Origin: the human T2T-CHM13v2.0 reference genome, Homo sapiens
Length of the DNA: 64,000 nucleotides
Strand: one strand, 5' to 3'
NCBI RefSeq assembly: GCF_009914755.1
Contig: NC_060925.1
A program made the translations under genes and the position numbers. The notes under the pieces were generated by a model. It saw only the letters and a list, made by a program, of their open reading frames with translations. It made no database searches and was not told the DNA's origin. Positions 1-12,460 of the stretch are shown here, piece after piece (position 1 is the first letter of the stretch; each line of letters begins with the position of its first letter).

Positions 1-27
1 TACAGGTGTGAGCCACCGCGCCCGGCC
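1..27 (-). mobile_element. Alu, 5' end only (cut by window edge)
   Basis: tacaggtgtgagccaccgcgcccggcc is the reverse complement of the Alu start. Confidence 0.9.
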
Positions 28-93
28 TACTTATGTGTTTTAGAAAAATCTTTAAAATGTTAAAAGATGACAGGTAATTTCTAGACCATATGA

Positions 94-554
<461 letters not shown>

Positions 555-3499
555 AGTCATGCTACTTTATAATCTGAAGTTACCAGTTCTTTGCAGTGTT
601 TCACATTAGGGGCATTCTCCAAAGGGAACTTTAGAGATAACAAATATGTTAAAAATATCGAATAAAGTTAGAGATGTGGGGAGACATTCCTACTCCTACA
701 GAGAGCAACCATACCTTCCTATAGACTGTGCACTGAAGAAAGGGCGGAGGGGATGCGCCTGTTAGAGTTAGAATCTTGGCTTGATAGGCAAGGAAATTGA
801 CCCGGTGTGGTGGTTCTTATATTGGTAAGAAGACCCTTCTTTGGTTTCTTTTTTTCCAGATAGCTAAAGTCAATGTCAGTGATTGCTTCAAGCATGATAG
901 TCTTACCAGCCTACACTCTAAGCTTTTCTTATGCTTCCAGAATGACTTACTCAGCAATCACTTCTACTTTGTATTAAAACAGTTTTGGTTATTCAGGTAG
1001 GAAGAAGAGAAAAAAACCAGGCTGTTTCCAGTTGTCTGGGGTTTACATTATGTTACCTCTCAGACTGTTAGTGAAATCAGGGAGACTAGTGGTTTTTACG
1101 GCATCAGAGATACCAAATGTATAACAGACAGATGTCATCTTACTCTTTTTAAGTCATGGACAAAAAGACAGACACATTGCCCTGTAACTTTCAGATCTTC
1201 TGTAACCTTTTTAAACAACATAGGAGAGAAGTTGGTACTTGTACCCAAGGGAAGAGAAAGTTAATGAGTAGAAAAGACAGAATTTATTTAGGAAAACGAT
1301 GGAATTAAGCTCTGGACAAAACATGCATCAGTGATGCATAACATTTTTGTTAATTGGGTCTTAACAGGTTTCTGACTCATATGGTAATCATTGTAGAAGT
1401 GGGTCTTACTAGACCACGCCAGTGGCAAATCGCGAAGCTGTAAGAACTCTTACCTCCCTGTGTGTGTGCACCTGAGTGTGTGGGGGGGCGTACGTTTCTG
1501 TAGCTTAATTTAGGTTCCACATACACTTCAGTGGTTAAACCTGAGCTAGACTCAAATAGTTTGTTTCCATTAAGAAAATGAATCTTTTATGTGGACCAAG
1601 GTCAGGTTAGTTAATTTGTTTGCTTTTATTGGAATAACTTTTCCCATTCCAATTCATCACTTAATTTTAAGTGGTTCTACTAAAATACCCATTAAAGTCC
1701 TTTACATTTCTCACAGACTAGGGCTATGACAGATTCATAAGACGTTTCTTTTTTCCTCAAGGCACAAAAGGTAGCTTTTCTGGTCATCAACCTAGTCTTC
1801 CTTGTTCCTAATTTCACAACAGTGGGGCAACATTTTATATAATACCAATATGAACTCTAATTGCAAAGAGACTAAATGAAATCTTCACACGAAGCAAGAT
1901 TAATTAAAATATAAAATGTGCTTGACTGTGGTAAAACATTTCTTTTAAAAAAAATAGTATGACTTTTTTTTTTTTTTTTGCTAAATCTTTCTTTTTTGTA
2001 CACCTCACCCTCTTCTTCACTGATGCATTTTCCAGCAACTGGAAGTTCACTCTGGCTAGGAAAGTAACTAAATGTGATGTTATCATTCTAATTAGTGATT
2101 ACAAAAGATCAATTAATGTTATAATTAAAAACAGTGTCTAGATCTGTTGTTTGTAGTGAATAAATGTGACAATTACTTTGTTCATTGACATAGATGTGTT
2201 GAATTTCCTCCCTAGATTTTAAGGGGATGCATTTTAGTGCTGATGTGTGCATTTAACTGTGGACAGTAGGAACAAGGCAAGCATATTAGGGGAAGAGTAG
2301 GGCCCCTAATGTCTAAGCTACAGACATATTTTAGCATGCTTGACACCTTTCCTTGGTATATGATGCTATATCAGCAACTTGTACTCATTGGATCTGGAGC
2401 CTCTAGCTTTTAATATTTTATCACTAAATGCTTAAGTGTTTATGTTGCAAAAAGAAAAGGAAAAAAAAAAGATTCCCACTTGGACTCTCAAACCATGTGA
2501 ACAGGCTACTCTATGATAACTATGTCATTAATGATTTTGGTTTCATTTATGGCAATAATTTTTAAGTTGATCAGTCAGGATAGTAAGTATGTGATTTTTG
2601 CAGATCTGGTTGAATTTTTTTCTGATACAGACCAAGCTGTTTTTCATACATTGAAGCCTGGGAAAGCTCTGTTACTGTTAAAAGAGTAACCATATCTCTT
2701 CACTGAATTGTTGCCAAGCAGATGTAGACTTTTGGAGTGTGCCCAGAAAACCTCTACAGCTGATACTTTGGTGACTTGTTCCTACTCCTGGCTTTACTGG
2801 CACCTATTTAAATAGCAGAGGAACATAATTGTGTTTTGGTAGGTCAAAATTTTATACACTTCTGTAGAAAAAATTATATATAGGTAAGCCAATTGGTAGA
2901 AATGAAGTAAACCCAATTTGCTTGTTGAGATTAGCACTGAAGATATGCTAAGCTTTGGTTATGTCATTTGGTCAAAAAAGAATGAGGAAAATCCCTCAGA
3001 AAAGTTATCTGAGAGATCAGCACTGAACGTCAAGCCAGCCTGTCCACTCCCATTACTAAAAGAAATCTCCCCTTTTAACTTCATCCCATAAATGGATCAT
3101 GCTTCCTGGATCCACCCGAGGAGGACGTGGTTTAGTTTTAGATTCTTAGATTACAGACTTCCACCATCAGTTTCAGTATTCTTTTCACGATATTAATGTT
3201 ATGAAAACTGTTAGAAATGAGGAAATACCGCCATGTCAGGTTCACTCATGGATCAAGAAATGAGCATTTTCTTAAACATCAGTCCAAAACAACAAACCTC
3301 AAGTACCATAAGTTCAGATAACTTGGGAGCAGTTGAAATCCTTTAAGCCACAAAGATAGTGTCTTTTGGCATGGCTGGTGAAAGAAGGAAGCTGGTTGAA
3401 TTCATTGACTAACTCTGTTGCTGGCTAAAAAGACAATTAAGGAGAAAAGGGATGGAAGAAGAAAAGAACCAAAGAAACTAAAATCTGTTTCTTTTTCAG

Positions 3500-3610
3500 G
3501 AGGAGTTGGAAGATGAGGAGTAACACAACACTTTAGATATACATGTTAAAAACTTATAACAAATCATAGATCATACTAAAGGATTACCGAAGTTTAGAAC
3601 ATGGCTGAGG
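3500..3610 (+). other. Candidate 111-nt non-coding or poison cassette exon
   Basis: Acceptor tctgtttctttttcAG at 3498-3499, purine-rich start (GAGGAGTTGGAAGATGAGGAG), donor AGG|GTATAG; early TAA in frame 0. Confidence 0.3.
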
Positions 3611-4240
3611 GTATAGATGTCAGATTTTCTTACACAATAGTGGGTCTTTTGTTTCAGAGTTCACTCTTGGCAAGCAACTCCCTACCACTGCGTTAATTTC
3701 CTGTCGATCTTTCATTCAGCAACAGACCTAGAGATGGGGAGCAGACACTGCCCCCCCCACCCAGGCTTTTTAAGACTGTGCTTTGTGTAGATTAAAAAGA
3801 CGAAGGAAAAAAGAATAAACTTTTTCCAAACAAGATGTCCATGTGCATTCTTTAAGATCCTGTGTGTGCTTAAAACGATCCTGTAAAAAAGCCCTCTCCA
3901 TAATTTTGAACCTCTCCTTTTTCTAAAGACTTTTATAGGCATTTTTTTTTCTTCTTCTCAGCATGTGAACCAATGTGTAACTCAAATAGATGTTACTTTG
4001 CTGTTTACTTAGATTGTTTTAAAAGGCTAGCTGTGTGGAGGAATGAGGAAGGAAGGGAGGCGGGAGTGGCTGGAGTTTTTTTTTTTCTCTGTTGACCTAA
4101 TGAATGCAGTTCTTAAAAAATAATAAATATTTATATGTGGTCTTAATTTTTAATGAGTCTCATAAACTGGCTGGTATAGAAAAGTGTATGAAAAGCCATT
4201 TATATTAAACTATAGTTATTATAAATACATGCATATGTAC

Positions 4241-4366
4241 ACTAGAATGTTTTATGAGGAAGGGAACTTACTAGTCTTGTTCACTCTTTGTTTTCCCAGT
4301 GTCTAGAACAGTGCCTGACATACAACTGGTACTCAGTAAATATTTGTTGAGTGAACAAAATGAATG
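4241..4366 (+). mobile_element. L2 3' end
   Basis: ctagaacagtgcctgacat...actcagtaaatatttgttgagtgaa...tgaatg matches the L2 terminus. Confidence 0.8.
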
Positions 4367-4516
4367 TAAATTGACAGCATTGCCTAGTGGGGGTACCATT
4401 AGACTAGAATTCAGAAAACTTGGAGTCTGGTTCCATCACTGCCATTAATCAAGAATATATTGTTGCTGAAATCACATAACTTCTTTGCTCCTCTGTTTTT
4501 TATAAAAAACTGGGAC

Positions 4517-4651
4517 TAGCCCAGCTATTCAGGAGTCTGTGGTGGAAGGATGACTTGAGCCCAGGAGTTTGAGGCTGTAGTGGGCTACGATTGTGCCTGT
4601 GAATAGCCACTGCACTCCAGCCTGGGCAACATAGTGAGACCCTGTCTCTTA
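4517..4651 (+). mobile_element. FAM (fossil Alu monomer), 5'-truncated
   Basis: Retains the 7SL/FAM segment gctgtagtgggctacgattgtgcctgtgaatagccactgcactcc, which is absent from dimeric Alus. Confidence 0.8.
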
Positions 4652-4664
4652 AAGGAATAATAGG

Positions 4665-4931
4665 GGCTGGGTGCGGTGGCTCACACCTGTAATCCTAGCA
4701 CTTTGGGAGGCTGAGGGGGTGGATCCAGACCAGCCTGGCCAACATGGTGAAACCCCATCTCTCTAACTAAAAATACAAAAATTAGCCGGGCGTGGTGGTG
4801 CATGCCTGTAATCCCAGCTACTCAGGAGGCTGAGGCAGGAGAATCGCTTGAATCCAGGAGGCAGAGGTTACAGTGAGCACTCCAGCCTGGGTGACGGTGC
4901 AAGACTCTGTCTCAAAAACAAAAAACAAAAA
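4665..4931 (+). mobile_element. AluS with two internal deletions
   Basis: Alu dimer with A-rich tail; TSD GGAATAATAG (4654-4663 / 4934-4943); short gaps after ggatc and after cagtgag relative to consensus. Confidence 0.9.
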
Positions 4932-5039
4932 GAGGAATAATAGTATCTGCTCTCCTTGCCTTTTGTGGGTTTTTTTGATGATTAAATGATATCTGAGGGA
5001 TACAAAAATGCTTTGGAAACTACAGGGTGCTTTACAGAC

Positions 5040-5044
5040 TGTGT

Positions 5045-5086
<42 letters not shown>
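5040..5086. repeat. (TG)n microsatellite, about 23 units, one interruption
   Basis: Direct reading. Confidence 0.95.
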
Positions 5087-5088
<2 letters not shown>

Positions 5089-5506
5089 AGAAAATCCTTT
5101 ATCTCTTTGCTTCTCAATTTCTTTTCTTAGGAAAATCAGATTATTTAAATCCCATTATGCACAGCTCTCCTCTGTTCTTACTAAGCCTCTGTATTCCATT
5201 ACCTCCAGTAAATCAGTAAAAGGTGGTGAGTCAGGCTGTAGTGGAAAGCGGGGTCTGCTGTTTTCTCATGTCCATGTTACTCTGTGGGACTCAGAAATCT
5301 TGCTTACATGTCTCATGAACTTTCTTACCTGTTTGAACTATACAGGCTATAACATATGACTTAGAGTCTTTTAGTTATGACCACTCTTAAGATTGATGAC
5401 TAAGTTGAAGTATTTATTAGTTGTTATTATGGTGGATTGATAATCATGCATTTTAACATAGTAAACTAAAGTCTGTGTCGTAGAATTAGCTATAATTTAC
5501 TTTTTA

Positions 5507-5644
5507 GGCTGGATGAGGTTACTGACGCTTGTAATCCCAGCACATCGAAAGGCTGAGGTGGGAGGATTGTTTGAGTCCAGGAGTTCAAGACAGGCCTGGG
5601 CAACATAGGGAGACCCTGTCTCTATTATCATAAATAAAAACAAA
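5507..5644 (+). mobile_element. FLAM / free left Alu monomer
   Basis: Single left monomer ending agaccctgtctct plus A-rich tail. Confidence 0.8.
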
Positions 5645-6206
5645 TTTTTTTAAACAAGTGTATATATGCATATGCTTATGTGTTGTAATAATAATATGTC
5701 CCAGAGTTGCACATCTGGAAGAGAAGAAGATAGCAACTGAAAAGAAAATAGAATGGTATTGACAAAGAGAAAAGATGGCGTCATTAGGACAATTACTTTT
5801 TATTTTTGGAACAACTCGAGGCTTTACACCCATTCTTTTCCCACATTTATTTTTTCTATCAGAATTCTTAAATCTAAGAAACAAATAATATGGAGGTTCT
5901 TTATATTAACACATTGCTTTAAATTAGGAAGAAAACTGTGTATAGGCTGCAGCAGACTTTAAAAGCATTGTAAGACTTTAGATTTGGAAATCAACTTTAA
6001 TAACATGGAAACTTTAGATTTAAGAGATCATTTAATACAGCTACTTTGATTTGGCTTTTAAGAGAACTGAGGCCCAGGTAGCCCAGACCAAGGATCTTTT
6101 GCAAGGTCGTGCTACTGGGTTCTTTAGCGTCAAGACTGTAACCTACATCTTTAGGTTCCTAAATTTTTATCATGCCTTCTTGTTACCTAACTGTTGATTG
6201 TTGAAC

Positions 6207-6480
6207 TTTCTTTTTTCTTTTTTGAGACAGGGTCTTGCTCTGTTGCACAGGCTGGAGTGCAGTGGCGCAGTCATGGCTCACTGCAGCCTGAAACTTGAGC
6301 TCAAGCAATCCTCCCATGTCAGCCTCTCAAGTAGCTGGGACTACTGGCATGTGCCATCACACCTGGATAATTTTTAAAAATTATTTGTAGACACAGGGTC
6401 TCCCTGTGTTGTGTGGGCTGGTCTCAAACTACTGGGCTCAAGCTGTCCTCCTGCCTCAGCCTCACAAAGTGCTGGGATTT
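6207..6480 (-). mobile_element. AluJ, slightly 5'-truncated
   Basis: J-type ctcaagcaatcctcc and gggctcaag motifs; flanks ttgaactttctt / ttgaattttctt. Confidence 0.9.
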
Positions 6481-7539
6481 GAATTTTCTTAAACCTAAAT
6501 CAATATTATAGGCCTCACCTTAGGAGAACTTTCCAAAATATTGTTAGTGTTGACCACCTTAGCATTACATTTGCTAACGACAGTCATCCAGGTTTACTGA
6601 ACCAGGAAACCAACTTTCAGGTTAATAAGACAGTTTCGTCTATGTGCCATCCTTATCCTTGTCTGGACATATCCATAGAGCACGCATTTTAAATCTGAAA
6701 GAATATATGTAGTCTCCCCTACCCCAGCTTTTTTTAAGTAGCAAGGGCTATTGAAAAAAATCAGAACCCTCCGCTTACGCTCGCATACATGTAGCTTAAA
6801 ATATATGTTGCTTATTGAAAGCATTGTTTAAGTTGAACTCACGAGATATACTACATCATGTAATATGTCTGCATTTGTCCATGCATTCTTTTCGGAAACC
6901 TGATCTTACTTATGTCTGCATTTAACAGATAGGCTAGGTTAAGTTATGTTAAAACATGTTGTACTGAGGTTGGATTCACCGTGTCACAGCCTGGCTTTCT
7001 TCCTTGATTAGCTTTAATCAAACTCTCTGCATTCCGTGACCTTAATAAAGCTATTTTTCCTGACAACTGAAGACTGTCTTAACAAGCATAGTTCATCTGT
7101 GCTGAAACTAAGGCTGAGTTAAGATGGGGTTTAGGTCCTCATTAAAGTCCACAGCATGGAGTGTAAGAAGAAATGATGAAATGGTGCTCCCTGAAACATC
7201 TCTTCTTTAAATTTAATTAGACAAATTATACGCAAACTAGTAGATGCCCTGGGAAGGCAATCAACATTAGGGCTAATAAAAAGCTTGAGTAGTATAAAAA
7301 GGCTGGGGGAGGTGCTGTGGAGCCTTTCTAACGCCTATGAGAGGCAAATTAAAACCAATTGCGAAACATGGAAACTGGATGAATTTCAATATTGATTTAG
7401 AAATTAATTTTATTATGTTGTTCTAAATATAAAAATAAAGGCTATACTTATTAATCTTCCAGAATTTGGCATGTTAACACCTATGCACAAAGCATTTTAT
7501 GGATCTTTATATGCTGGGAGACACAATTATGGGCTGACT

Positions 7540-7775
7540 TGGAAGTTTTGGCAGACCTGGGTTCAAATTCTAGCAACTTCCCCTACTAGTTTTTTTGTTT
7601 GGGGGGGTTTTTTCGGTGCACATTACTTCACCTTTGTGAAATCCAATTTCATCATCTATAAAATGAGATAAATAATTCTATTCCTGAAGAGGCTTTATAA
7701 GAATTTTAGAAAATTAAAATAGTAAGTATAGAACACTTGGTACAATGCCTGGCACATAATAGGTGTTCAGAAATA
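7540..7775 (+). mobile_element. MIR
   Basis: cagacctgggttcaaattc...catctataaaatgagata...tgcctggcacataataggtg. Confidence 0.75.
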
Positions 7776-8016
7776 GGTACCCCATATTTAGAAGGAACTT
7801 CCACTGAGTTAAGAGTGGTTTCAAGCAAACTGCCCTATAAATATGTGAGAATTGGATTATGAATGTAAATATTGTGTGCGTAATCTTATGGATCAAGATA
7901 AGTTTAAGGGAAAATGCTAGCGGACAGAAACTTATAGCTTTTGGAAGAAAAGGTGACTCAAACATAAGAAGCAAATTATTTGAAGCCCACAGTAGCCAAA
8001 TGGAGAGAGTAGGTTG

Positions 8017-8203
8017 AAACATTTGTTAAGTGCTGCATGCCAAACATCCTGTATACCTTACCATCTCATTTAATATTGATAACAACTCCACAAGGTAGTT
8101 ATTACTGACCTAATTTTGCAGATAAGGAAAAAAGAGATTCAGAAAGGCTACGTGAATTGCATTTTAGCATAGAAGAGTCAGGACTGGAACTCAGTGTTGG
8201 CCT
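8017..8203 (-). mobile_element. MIR
   Basis: atctcatttaat...ttttgcagataaggaaa...ggactggaactcag. Confidence 0.7.
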
Positions 8204-8388
8204 AGTTCTTGGGGGTGGTTGGATGGCAAACTAGTGCAGGTATGTTCATAACTTGTAAGATCAAATTTGTCATATAAATTACGGGGATATGTAATCTCTC
8301 TCCCTTCTGGCTCTTTTCATCCTTGGGTGAGTTCTAAATAAAACTATTTTGTGTTATTTTTTTAACCCTCATTCCATTGCTTTCAGAC

Positions 8389-8504
8389 TCTGGTTCTCAA
8401 CCTTGGCTGCCCATTTAGAATCACCTGGAGTGGGATCTGGGCGTTAGCATTTTTTAAAGCTCCTCTAGTGATTCCAGGTAGGCAACCTGCACTAAAGACC
8501 TCTG
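8389..8504. mobile_element. MER5B-like hAT-Charlie MITE, internally deleted
   Basis: tggttctcaaccttggctgc...agaatcacctgg...tttaaagctcc...gtgattc. Confidence 0.7.
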
Positions 8505-8887
8505 CTTTAAAATCTCTCTACCTCAGGCGTAGGTGTTTTCATTGCCCATAGTATTAAGCCTAGCTTTTAGCAGAGATTTGCCAAGGTTGATTATGATCCT
8601 CTTGCTTGTTTGGAAGAAGAAATATGGAAGCTGTGAAATCTTTTCCAGTTGTGATAGATGTTGTTTATGCATTAATTAGCATGTAAAAATTAAACACTGT
8701 CTATTCTTAATGTTAGCACATTTTCTTTCTCTCTCTCTCTCTCTCCCACCTCTTTTTTTTTTTTTTCTATTGAAGGAGGCCAAATTAGATGGAGTGAAGA
8801 GAAAAGTGATTATGGTAACTTTTCCCTTCAGAGAAGTCAAGAGCAAGAGTATTTTTTTCCAATTTCTTAGTAAAACAAAAAATATTT

Positions 8888-9194
8888 TCTTTCCTTTTTT
8901 CTTTTTTGTTTTTGAGACATGGTCTTTCTCTGTCACCCATGCTGGAGTACATTGGTGAGATAATGGCTCGCTGCAGCCTTGACCTCCCAGGCTCAATTGA
9001 TCCTCCCACCTCAGCCTCCTAGGTAGCTGGGACTACAGGCACACGCCACCACGTAGGGCTAATTTTTGTATTTTTTGTAAAGATAGGGTCTCACCATGTT
9101 GCCCAGGCTGGTTGCAAACCACCAGACTCAAGTGATGCTCCTGCCTTAGCTTCCCAAAGTATTGGAATTACAGGCATGAGCCACTGCTCTGGCC
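8888..9194 (-). mobile_element. AluJ
   Basis: Full antisense dimer with J diagnostics (gcagccttgacctcccaggctca). Confidence 0.92.
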
Positions 9195-9222
9195 AAAGTT
9201 ATTTTCAAAATACAGTGGTTTT

Positions 9223-9290
9223 ACCCCACCACCCTTAGAGGTAGAAAGAATCTTTGACCCCACCACCCTTAGAGGTAGAAAGAATCTTTG
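9223..9290. repeat. Perfect 2 x 34-bp tandem duplication
   Basis: ACCCCACCACCCTTAGAGGTAGAAAGAATCTTTG at 9223-9256 and 9257-9290. Confidence 0.97.
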
Positions 9291-9353
9291 TTGCCGGACA
9301 GATTTGTGGTAAATCCTGGTTTCTCACTTTCTGATAAAGAATTAGTCATTTTA

Positions 9354-9677
9354 TTTGTTTGTTTGTTTATTTATTTATTTATTTATTTATTATTGAGACA
9401 AGATCTTACTCTGTTTCCCAGGCTGGAGTGCGGTGGTACAATCTCAGCTCACTGCAACCTCCGCTTCCTGGGTTCCAGAAATCTCCCTCCTCAGCCTCCC
9501 AAGTAGCTGGGATTACAGGCATGTGCTACTGCACTCAGACTAATTTTTTGTATCTTTAGTAGAGACATGGTTTCACCATGTTGGCCATGCTGGTCTCGAA
9601 CTCCTGGCCTCAAGTCGTCCGCCCACCTCGGCCTCCCAAAGTGCTACTATTACAGGTGTGAGCCACCGCGCCTGGCT
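9354..9677 (-). mobile_element. AluS with (TTTA/TTTG)n tail
   Basis: Antisense dimer; perfect 16-bp TSD AGAATTAGTCATTTTA (9338-9353 / 9678-9693). Confidence 0.95.
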
Positions 9678-9699
9678 AGAATTAGTCATTTTAAATTCA

Positions 9700-9992
<293 letters not shown>

Positions 9993-11672
9993 CTCTCTGG
10001 GCTTGATTTCTTAATCTGTAAAACAGAAATAATTCTTAACACATTTGGTTACTCTGAGGATAAAAGTGGAGGAAAAAACATGCAGAGGATAGTCCGGAAC
10101 TCCCCATGTAGATCCCATTATTAGGTAACTGAGGTACAAGTATCTTAGGCTACTGGTCCGGGCAGGCTTTGCTGAGGGGCTCCGTGCAGCTTGCTGGTGC
10201 AGCCGAGCAAGTGGGCCTGTAGCCGACTCTTAATCCAGGTTGGTGCTATTCAAAGAGATCATCTTTCACCCGAGGGATTTCTGGGCATCTATTTTGCGGA
10301 TCAGAAAGTAGAGAAAGAAGGTAACTTTGCTGAAAGCTAGTCTGGGGAGTTAGTAGCTGATACAGATCAGCATTTCCTAACTATGAGATTTCATAATATT
10401 CTCTCTTGTCTCGATTCTGAGTCACTGGTGCCTGCTGTGGTGGCATTGTTCATGAACATGTACAGTTATTGGGAAGTGATCTTGTCTTTCCTCCTGCCTT
10501 CAGGCACTGCTACCTAAATTACACCCCGACAGATGTATTCCCATTCTTCTTTAAAAGACTATGTCATGAGCTGAACTATTAAGTTTTAAAGTTGATAAGC
10601 ATCAGGCTAAGCATATTTTTCCTGCCATCTCCCACGGAGGTATAACATTGTTTTCTATACTTAGGGAATTTACCAAAAAAAAAAAAAAAAAAAAAAAAGT
10701 TGGTATCTGCTAATGGGTCAAATTAGCAGGATGTTTTGAAAACTCAGTGGAAGAATAGCTCTTCCTGCAGATGCATGACCTGGTAGAAATCCAGACATTG
10801 GGCTCCACCAAACTCGAATGATACCCAATAAATGATGAGAGGAATATCCAAAGAGTTAAATGCCATGAGACCACTCACCCGCTAAACTCTAAATCCTTGT
10901 ATGACCCTGAGACAGGCAGGCAGTAGGGCTGCAAGGCTGAGATAAGTACTGAAAATTGGCCCATATACATTTTGTTTTAACATAGCTCCTTCCTTTACAC
11001 TTTTCTGTACCCCTGGCCTGAAGGCTCTACAGCTTGTTACATACTGATAGCTAAGTAAATGCAATCAACATTCCATGCTACTGCCTGCAGAAAAACCGAA
11101 ATTGTTTACTGCCTCCAGGATGTTGGTAAATATCTGGCTGTATTTTTTTTTTTTTTGGCGGGCGGGGGCGGGGGGAGGCAATGGGTAGGAGAAAGCTAGT
11201 ATACAGTGTCCCAATTTACATTATAAAATGCAAATTTTGTACTCCAGAATAAGAAACAACTTAGAGTAGACCTGTATTGTTCCAAAACTAGTGAGAAATT
11301 ATCATGTTTTCTATGTGTAGAAAAGTTTTCTCTTCGCAATGGCTTTACATATTTTCTGTAGGGAAAAATTCTATTTATAAAATAGCCTGGGATATGGAGA
11401 ACTCAGTGATAAAAGGGGCAAGAACATTTTCAGATTGTTTTACCCTGCTGGAATGTAGCATGGGAAAGCTCCTTCCAAAAGGCTATTACCTCTGGGCATT
11501 CTGGCACAGTTGGGGAGTGAATTGGTAAGATAAAAATGGGACGAAAATCCCTATTTTCTGTTAAATACAAACAGGCTCAGAATGGGGCATCCTGCATTTA
11601 GGATTAGAAACTTCATTATACAAAAGCAGGGTGGAGAAACCCTAATTTGACAGCTAACCCAAGAGTGTATGG

Positions 11673-11990
11673 TGACCACAAGATTAACAGGGGCCAGCAG
11701 TGTGACATTGCCATTCAAAAAGCTGGTGCTGTAGTTGGGCTGTGGTCTAACCACAGCTGGGTTTTTTTTTTTTTTTTTTTTTTGCCCAGTTTTGGGCACA
11801 GAATGCTAAGAGGAACGCCAACAGAATGGAGACTCGATGCCAATGAATTGGGAAATCATATTATGTGACGGGCAGTTGAAGAAGGCATGTCTGTAAAATT
11901 GAAGAAGAGATTTCTTAGAATGACCTCAGTAACAAGCTTAAATATTTAAGTGTCTGGTGAAAGTAGGGGTGGGATAGTCTCTGATGTGCT
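11673..11990 (+). mobile_element. L3/CR1 LINE relic
   Basis: gccagcagtgtgac...aaaagct...gggctg...cagttttgggcac...cagttgaagaa...gaagaagaga...aaatattt follows the L3 3' region. Confidence 0.65.
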
Positions 11991-12074
11991 ACAAGATCGA
12001 AGAAGGAGTTAAGTCCTTCTCTAGAGCCTCAAACCCCTGCTCAGCATGAAAAAACCAACAGAAACCCGAGTTAA

Positions 12075-12210
12075 CATCTCCTTGCAATATCTGATCTGTT
12101 TTTCCAATACATCTGCTCATCTTGTTTCAAAACAAGTAGCTGTCACCATTCTTAACCCTGTCGTCCAAACCAGAAACCGGGCATCATCTTTGACTGGTCC
12201 CCTTTACTCA
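12075..12210 (+). mobile_element. L2 fragment
   Basis: caccattc...ccaaaccagaaaccgggcatcatctttgact resembles L2. Confidence 0.5.
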
Positions 12211-12449
12211 GGGGGAAAAAAAAACCATGTCTTTTAAAGTCAGCGCCTATAATACTGGTCTTTGGTTTATCTCCAATAACTCGATTGTTAACAGCCCTTG
12301 AAGGGGAGGCAATACTGTTAAACTTGATAATTTCTAAAGAGTTTTGAGCTATTTAGCACGAAGTGATGCCAAGAAAAAGGAATACTAACATTACTCACAG
12401 CAGAGGGAAAAATTTTATATCCTTTCTGAAGGCCAAGGTTAAGTTCTGT

Positions 12450-12460
12450 GTGACTCAGCA
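12450..12460 (+). promoter_or_regulatory. ARE/MARE (NRF2/NF-E2/BACH-type) motif
   Basis: GTGACTCAGCA matches RTGACTCAGCA; motif match only. Confidence 0.35.

Larger units (their letters stand above)
4375..5038 (+). mobile_element. MIR split by FAM and Alu insertions
   Basis: MIR 5'/core-like sequence at 4375-4515 resumes at about 4934 (aataatagtatct...gattaaatga...atgctttggaaact). Confidence 0.55.

Noticed and set aside
4517-4651. 7SL RNA gene or pseudogene
   Set aside because: Lacks the S domain; matches the FAM monomer instead
10675-10698. A24 run as the tail of a processed pseudogene
   Set aside because: No upstream poly(A) signal, mRNA-like body or flanking TSD visible
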